64,000 nucleotides of DNA. Origin: an uncultured delta proteobacterium. Lineage in GTDB: Bacteria > Desulfobacterota > Binatia > UBA9968. The notes under the pieces are model-generated. The model did no database searches. It was given only the letters and a program-made list of their open reading frames with translations, and had not been told where the DNA came from. The stretch is taken from NCBI GenBank assembly GCA_963816145.1, contig CAWFJP010000001.1:367358-431357 (forward strand), read 5' to 3'. Below are positions 58,808 to 64,000 of the stretch, in pieces; within the stretch, counting starts at the first letter, position 1, and the number at the start of each line of letters is the position of its first letter. A program made the translations under genes and the position numbers.

Positions 58808-59953
58808 CTATCCGCGTCCTTGAAACACTTCGCCGGCGCGCACGGTCCACTTCGCCGCGATGCGTTGCTTGTGCAATTTCTCGCCGCCGACGGAGTCGTG
58901 CAGCGTCACCGGATCGTCGACGATTTGCAGCACGGCGATATCTGCTTCGCGGCCGACTTCGAGACTGCCGATGCGGTCCTGCCAACCGACGGCTTTCGCC
59001 GCATCGACGGTGCAGCAGGCGATGATCTTGTCGAAGCTCAGCCCCATCGGGATGAATTTGGTCAACGTCGTCGGCAGATCGCCGACAATGCCAAAGCCCG
59101 GTTGTTTCATTTTGCCGTGCAAGTCGGAGCTAATAATGTCGGGAATAATCCCTTCGCCCATCGCTCGCTCGACCAGATCGAAATCGAAGTGGCCGCTGGC
59201 ATGGCCGACATCGAAGATCACGCCGCGCTCTTTTGCCTTGCGCACCAGCGGCAGAAGCTTTCCTTTGTCGTCGAGGATCGACGGCTTCTGCGGCGTGTAG
59301 CAATGAGTAATGATGTCCCCCGGCCGCAGCGTGTCGGCGATCTCGTCCATGCCGATCGCCGTGCTGCCGACATGCACCATGATCGGTGTCCCCGAAGCTT
59401 CTCCGGCTTTGATCGCCAGGCGCAAAGCGTCGCGACTGTTCTCGCCGATGGATTTCTTGTGCAATCGAACCTTTATGCCGACGCCGATGTCGCGGTTATC
59501 GATGACCGCCTGCGCCGAACCGTCACAATCGGCAAAACCCAAGTTGAGCAGCTCGCCCGGTTCGTTCCAGACGCCATGCTGCGCCAGCGCAACGAAGCCG
59601 ATCATGCGCGTCTTCGAGCGCTCGTAGACCAGTTTGCGAAAGCCGAGCAAGTTGATCGGACCCGCCGAGCCGGCATCGAGCGCCGTCGTCACACCGGTCG
59701 ACAGACAAACCGCGTCGAGGTCACAGCCGTAAGGATTCACGCCCCAATAACTGTGGACATGAAAATCGATCAACCCCGGCGTCACAAAGCAGCCGCTGAC
59801 ATCGATGACGCGCTTGACGCTCGTCCGAGGGATATTCGCCTGGATCGCCGTGACCCGGTCGCCTTTGACACCGACGTCGAGTTTCTCGTTGGTCTTGGTC
59901 GCCGGATTGACAACCGTGCCGCCGATCAAAAGTAAATCGTAGGTGTCAGCCAT
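58808..59953 (-). CDS. Amidohydrolase/deacetylase (dihydroorotase-like) metallohydrolase
   Basis: PGLIDFHVH, GVTTALDAGS, GIKVRL, DIITH, DVGH and ISSDLH motifs. Confidence 0.9.
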   Translation of the reverse strand: MADTYDLLLIGGTVVNPATKTNEKLDVGVKGDRVTAIQANIPRTSVKRVIDVSGCFVTPGLIDFHVHSYWGVNPYGCDLDAVCLSTGVTTALDAGSAGPINLLGFRKLVYERSKTRMIGFVALAQHGVWNEPGELLNLGFADCDGSAQAVIDNRDIGVGIKVRLHKKSIGENSRDALRLAIKAGEASGTPIMVHVGSTAIGMDEIADTLRPGDIITHCYTPQKPSILDDKGKLLPLVRKAKERGVIFDVGHASGHFDFDLVERAMGEGIIPDIISSDLHGKMKQPGFGIVGDLPTTLTKFIPMGLSFDKIIACCTVDAAKAVGWQDRIGSLEVGREADIAVLQIVDDPVTLHDSVGGEKLHKQRIAAKWTVRAGEVFQGRG

Positions 59954-60125
59954 GAGACGACCTCTTTAATATCAAACTACCAGCCCTCACCCTAGCCCTC
60001 TCCCGCAAGCGGGCGAGGGAATAATTCACAGTGGCGAGTGCGCCCCAACCGTGTCATTTCGACCGAAGGGAGAAATCTCTCTGATCTTCTAAACGAACAC
60101 GAATCACGAACACGATCACGATTCC

Positions 60126-61163
60126 CTAATCCACATCCAGCCCGTAAAACTTCGCCGGATTGTAGGTCAAAATTTTGTCGATCACTTTGGGATCGATGTC
60201 GCTAGTCTCTTTCAACTTTGCCAAGGCGAGCAGTTCGCTGGCGTTATCCGCGTGGCCGTAGTCCGAACCGATCATCAGGCAATTGTCGCCGGCGTATTTG
60301 AGCACATAGGGCAGATCGTCGTCGGTCTGGCAGGCAACAAATAGCTGATCGCTGCCGGAAAGCACGTCGGGCCGCGCCTCTTTGCCTTCGAGCTTTGGGA
60401 AACGCAGATTTAAATCATGAACTAGATACGGCACCCACTGCGCCGCCACTTCGATGGCGCCGACGCGCAGCTTGGGAAACTTTTCCATCACGCCGTTGAG
60501 AATCATCGAGTGGAAGCCGCCGATGACGATCAGCTTGGCGACGCGAAACGGCTCGCCGCCGAGCATTTCGTTGACCGTGAAGTTGCCGATACCGGAATGA
60601 ATGCCGATCGGCAGGTTGAGCCGGCTCGCTTCATCGTAGAGCGGAAAGAAATACGGATCGTGCAGCGTATGATGCGTCTCGATGCCGCGTATGAATACCG
60701 CGCAGGCGCCGTTGCCCTTGGACCAGCGGAGTTCATCGAGCGCCGCGTCCATGGTCAACAGCGGCAACTGCACCGCCCAGCGCAAGCGCTTCTTGTCCTT
60801 CGACCAGATATCCGCCATCCAACGATTGTAGGACTTGCACAGCGCCAGCTCGATGGCCGGATGGTCGGTCACCGGCCGCAAAAATAACGTCGGATACAAC
60901 ACCTGCACGCCGGTGCCGATCTCGTCCATATGTTTCAAACGCGAATCGATGTTGGCCATCTCGCGCGATTCCTTCGAGGTGTCCTGGCCGATATTGTCGC
61001 GCCCGCCGATCAAGCGCCCGCCGATGATCCAGAAGTTGCTCTTCTTGCCGCTCGGCATATCGACCGCGATGGGCACCGGCCGGTAGCGTTTGTCGCTGCC
61101 TTCGAGATAATCCCAAGTCTTCTCGCATTCGATCACATGCGCGTCAGCATCGATACTCAACAT
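60126..61163 (-). CDS. Amidohydrolase_2 family protein
   Basis: IDADAHV, PIGIH and GSDYGH motifs. Confidence 0.9.
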   Translation of the reverse strand: MLSIDADAHVIECEKTWDYLEGSDKRYRPVPIAVDMPSGKKSNFWIIGGRLIGGRDNIGQDTSKESREMANIDSRLKHMDEIGTGVQVLYPTLFLRPVTDHPAIELALCKSYNRWMADIWSKDKKRLRWAVQLPLLTMDAALDELRWSKGNGACAVFIRGIETHHTLHDPYFFPLYDEASRLNLPIGIHSGIGNFTVNEMLGGEPFRVAKLIVIGGFHSMILNGVMEKFPKLRVGAIEVAAQWVPYLVHDLNLRFPKLEGKEARPDVLSGSDQLFVACQTDDDLPYVLKYAGDNCLMIGSDYGHADNASELLALAKLKETSDIDPKVIDKILTYNPAKFYGLDVD

Positions 61164-61197
61164 CTGAAACCTCCGAAATGATTACGGAAAATACATA

Positions 61198-61279
61198 CTC
61201 ACCACGAAGGCACGAAGGGCACGAAGGTTTCGGATAATACATTGTTCCGAACTTCGTGATCTTCGTGTCTTCGTGGTGC
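61198..61279. repeat. Family B palindrome
   Basis: caccacgaaggcacgaagggcacgaagg...cttcgtgatcttcgtgtcttcgtggtg. Confidence 0.85.
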
Positions 61280-61339
61280 AAATTCCTCTCCTCCGAACTT
61301 GGCGTCTTTGCGCCTTTGCGGGAGTATTCTTTTCTTATC

Positions 61340-62359
61340 TCATAATCCGTAAAACGCCGACGGATTGTCCTGCAGGATCTTGTCGATCACCCGTCCGCTG
61401 ATTTTCCCGTCGGTGCGCAGCTTGCGCAGCGCTTCGATCTCGGCGGCGTTGTCGGCATGGCCGTAGTCCGTGCCGATGACCAGGTTGTCGTCGCCGGCAT
61501 ATTTCAAAACCTGATCGAGATCGTCATCGGTCTGGCAAGTCACGTAGATGCGATTCTCCTTGAGAACATTTTGCGGGAACGGCCGGCCGCGCCGGGCAAA
61601 GCGGCGCGACAGGTCATGCACCGCGTAGGGAATCCACTGCGCGCTCACCTCGATGATGCCGATCTTGAGCTTGGGGAAGCGCTGCGGGATGCCATGAAAG
61701 ACGTAGGAATGAAACGCGCCGATGACCGCCAGTTTGAACTTGGAGAATCCCGGATCGTCGGCAAAAAAATCGTAGGTGGTAAACGCGCCGTTGGCCGAGT
61801 GCACGCAGATCGGCAGATCGAGCGCGCTCGCCTGCTCGTACAAAGGAAAGAAGTACGGATCGCTCAAGCTCCGTTCGACTTCCAAGCCGCGCATGTAGAC
61901 GCCGCAGGCGCCGTTCTCTTTGCCGAACTTCAATTCCTCCGAGAGATGTTCGGTGCTTTGCAGCGGCGGCACCAGCACCCAGCGGAAACGATCGGGCTGC
62001 TTTTTGACGATGTCGGCCATCCAGCGGTTGTAGCTGCGCGACACCGCCAGATCGATATCCGGCCGCCGGCTCACCGGCGTAATGAAAAACGTCGGATAGA
62101 TCACCTGAAAATCGATGCCCAACTCGTCCATATGCTTGATCCGCGCCGAGAGATCGCTCATCTCCCGCGACTCCACCGGCAGATCCCGGCCGACGTTGTT
62201 GCGCGGTATCACCCGCCCATCGACCATCCAATAGTCGAACGCATCCTTGCCGTCGGTGGCGCCGACCACTTTCGGTTTGAACGCCTTCTCCGACTCCAGC
62301 ATGTAATCCCAAGTCGACTCGTTCTCGATCACATGAGCATCCGCATCGATCGTAAACAT
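61340..62359 (-). CDS. Amidohydrolase_2 family protein (tandem paralog)
   Basis: IDADAHV, PICVH and GTDYGH motifs; GTG/TTG-type start uncertain. Confidence 0.9.
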   Translation of the reverse strand: MFTIDADAHVIENESTWDYMLESEKAFKPKVVGATDGKDAFDYWMVDGRVIPRNNVGRDLPVESREMSDLSARIKHMDELGIDFQVIYPTFFITPVSRRPDIDLAVSRSYNRWMADIVKKQPDRFRWVLVPPLQSTEHLSEELKFGKENGACGVYMRGLEVERSLSDPYFFPLYEQASALDLPICVHSANGAFTTYDFFADDPGFSKFKLAVIGAFHSYVFHGIPQRFPKLKIGIIEVSAQWIPYAVHDLSRRFARRGRPFPQNVLKENRIYVTCQTDDDLDQVLKYAGDDNLVIGTDYGHADNAAEIEALRKLRTDGKISGRVIDKILQDNPSAFYGL

Positions 62360-63022
62360 TCGCCAAATCTCCTAATCCCGACAGACCGTTTAGTGTTTTT
62401 GTCTCGCGTAAAGAGTATTTGACGAGCTGCTTTAAAGTCAACCGACCCGCCGAGAATATTGCCGGCGAGCGACGATACCGGCACACATCTTGTGTTCAAA
62501 TATATTCGGACTCGGATGTTACTCTCGCAAAGGCGCAAAGACGCTAAGGGAAGAGCCGCCTGTCATTTCGACCGAAGGGAGAAATCTATTTCGGACCAAT
62601 CCATTTCCCCTCCGAATGACGGGCTTCGCCCGTCACTTCGCGCCTTTGCGCCTTTGCGAGAGATAATTCCGGCTTCCGATCGCCGCGCCCCAGGTGTCGC
62701 AAAACGACTACACCGAGTAGCAAGTTAGCTACTCGCGCTCTCTATTCAGTTTCGTCGGACGACTCGATTCCCACCATTATCCTCAACGAATTCAAGCCAA
62801 CTATGCTTTTCGACAGCAAACGACGTCTGGCCCTGCGATTGCGTTATGGAGATCACATGGCGTAAGCATGGAGCCGGCAGCACATACGTATCGGAGGTAA
62901 AACTATCAGCGCCCCAGGAACCACCCGAATAGTGTCGATCGGCTAACCTGGCCGCGAACCACAGCAACCCACTAAAGCAATTCGGCAGACTCCGCTCTGG
63001 CGTCAATCTCGACGCTCTACCT

Positions 63023-63060
63023 AAGCCCGAACGGTCTCATACCGTACGGGCTTTTTTTAT
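63023..63060 (+). terminator. Rho-independent terminator-like hairpin
   Basis: AAGCCCGAACGGT-ctcat-ACCGTACGGGCTT followed by a T-tract. Confidence 0.7.
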
Positions 63061-63102
63061 TTCTCCGAGCTTCAAAGCATCAAGATGACGGGGAGACAAG
63101 GC

Positions 63103-64000
63103 ATGAATGGAAAATCTTGGCGCAAAAGACTGAAGTCTTCCTGCACCAATCCAAAATCCAAAATCGCAAATCCAAAATGGGTGGGGCTTGTCGCCATCGT
63201 TCTTGTCCTCGCAGGATTTGTGGGTGGGGTTGAGTCCCAGCAGCCAAAGAAGGTCCCGCGGATAGGGTATCTATCGACGACCGATCCAGCTAGCGATTCC
63301 GCCCGTGCCGAGGGAATTCGGCAGGCTCTGCTCGAGCTTGGCCATACAGAAGGACAGAACATCGCCACCGAGTACCGATATGCGGAGGGGAAGCTCGATC
63401 GGCTTCCTGAGCTTGCCGCCGAGTTGGTCCGTCTCAAGGTTGATATCATCGTGGTAGCAGGAGGGGCCGAGCAGGTCCGGGCGGCCAAGAATGCGACCAA
63501 GACGATTCCCATCGTTATGGTCGGGCTCTGGGACCGATCCTATCGTGGCAGGCCTAGTTGAAAGCCTTGCCCGTCCCGGCGGCAACGTCACCGGCCTTAC
63601 ACTCCTTTCCAGAGAGCTAGGCGGGAAGCGGCTGGAGTTGCTCAAAGAAGCCGTTCCCAAACTTGCCCGTGTCGCGGTTCTCTACGATCCGACCGTTCGT
63701 GCCCAGTGTACTCGAGGTGAAAGAGCTTCTCCCAGTCGCGGCGCGCGCACTGGGGTTGACTGTTCAGTCTTGGGAGATACGAGACTGCGGACGATTTCGA
63801 GAAGGTATTCGCTGCGCTGAGCAAAGTGCGCCCGGATGGACTCTACGTGCTCGGGGGCCCGCTAATGAATGCTAACCGAAAACGGATAACGGGCTTTGCG
63901 TTAAAGAGCCGGTTACCGTCGATGTACGGCAACAGAGAAGCTATAGATGCCGGTGGGCTCATGTACTACGGGGCGGACGAAGTGGAAAGCTACCGGCGCG
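63103..64000 (+). CDS. ABC_sub_bind substrate-binding protein, several frameshifts, runs off the window
   Basis: PRIGYL, EGQNIATEYRYAEG, SLARPGGNVTG, KRLELLKE and GGLMYYG appear in shifting frames; paralog of 15477-16466. Confidence 0.78.

Overview
A GC-rich bacterial chromosomal window. It holds about 14 solute-binding proteins but only one ABC permease/ATPase pair and one TctAB pair. It also carries many catabolic or accessory enzymes: amidohydrolases, VOC, MBL, alpha/beta hydrolases, ornithine-cyclodeaminase and M24 paralogs, LLM, UbiD, a cupin dioxygenase, a PqqC/CADD-like diiron protein, a GrdE-like proprotein and a B12 radical SAM. Almost every intergenic space contains palindromic or short-period repeats, some nested inside each other. 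This style resembles Candidatus Binatia (formerly 'Deltaproteobacteria') MAGs, which is an inference only. The most unusual item is an AT-richer island at about 40.6-43.1 kb with a tightly coupled three-gene operon: a TIGR04255-like protein, a 100-aa protein and a QGD/QSCDL protein, possibly PemK/MazF-like. It is a candidate chaperone-antitoxin-toxin or defence system. Two copies of a 132-bp MITE with 3-bp target duplications sit inside other palindromic repeats. Five genes are broken by frameshifts; every break I could reconstruct is a single-base insertion, most likely sequencing error. I saw no rRNA, tRNA, CRISPR array or transposase. All family assignments come from motif recognition by eye; no database searches were run.
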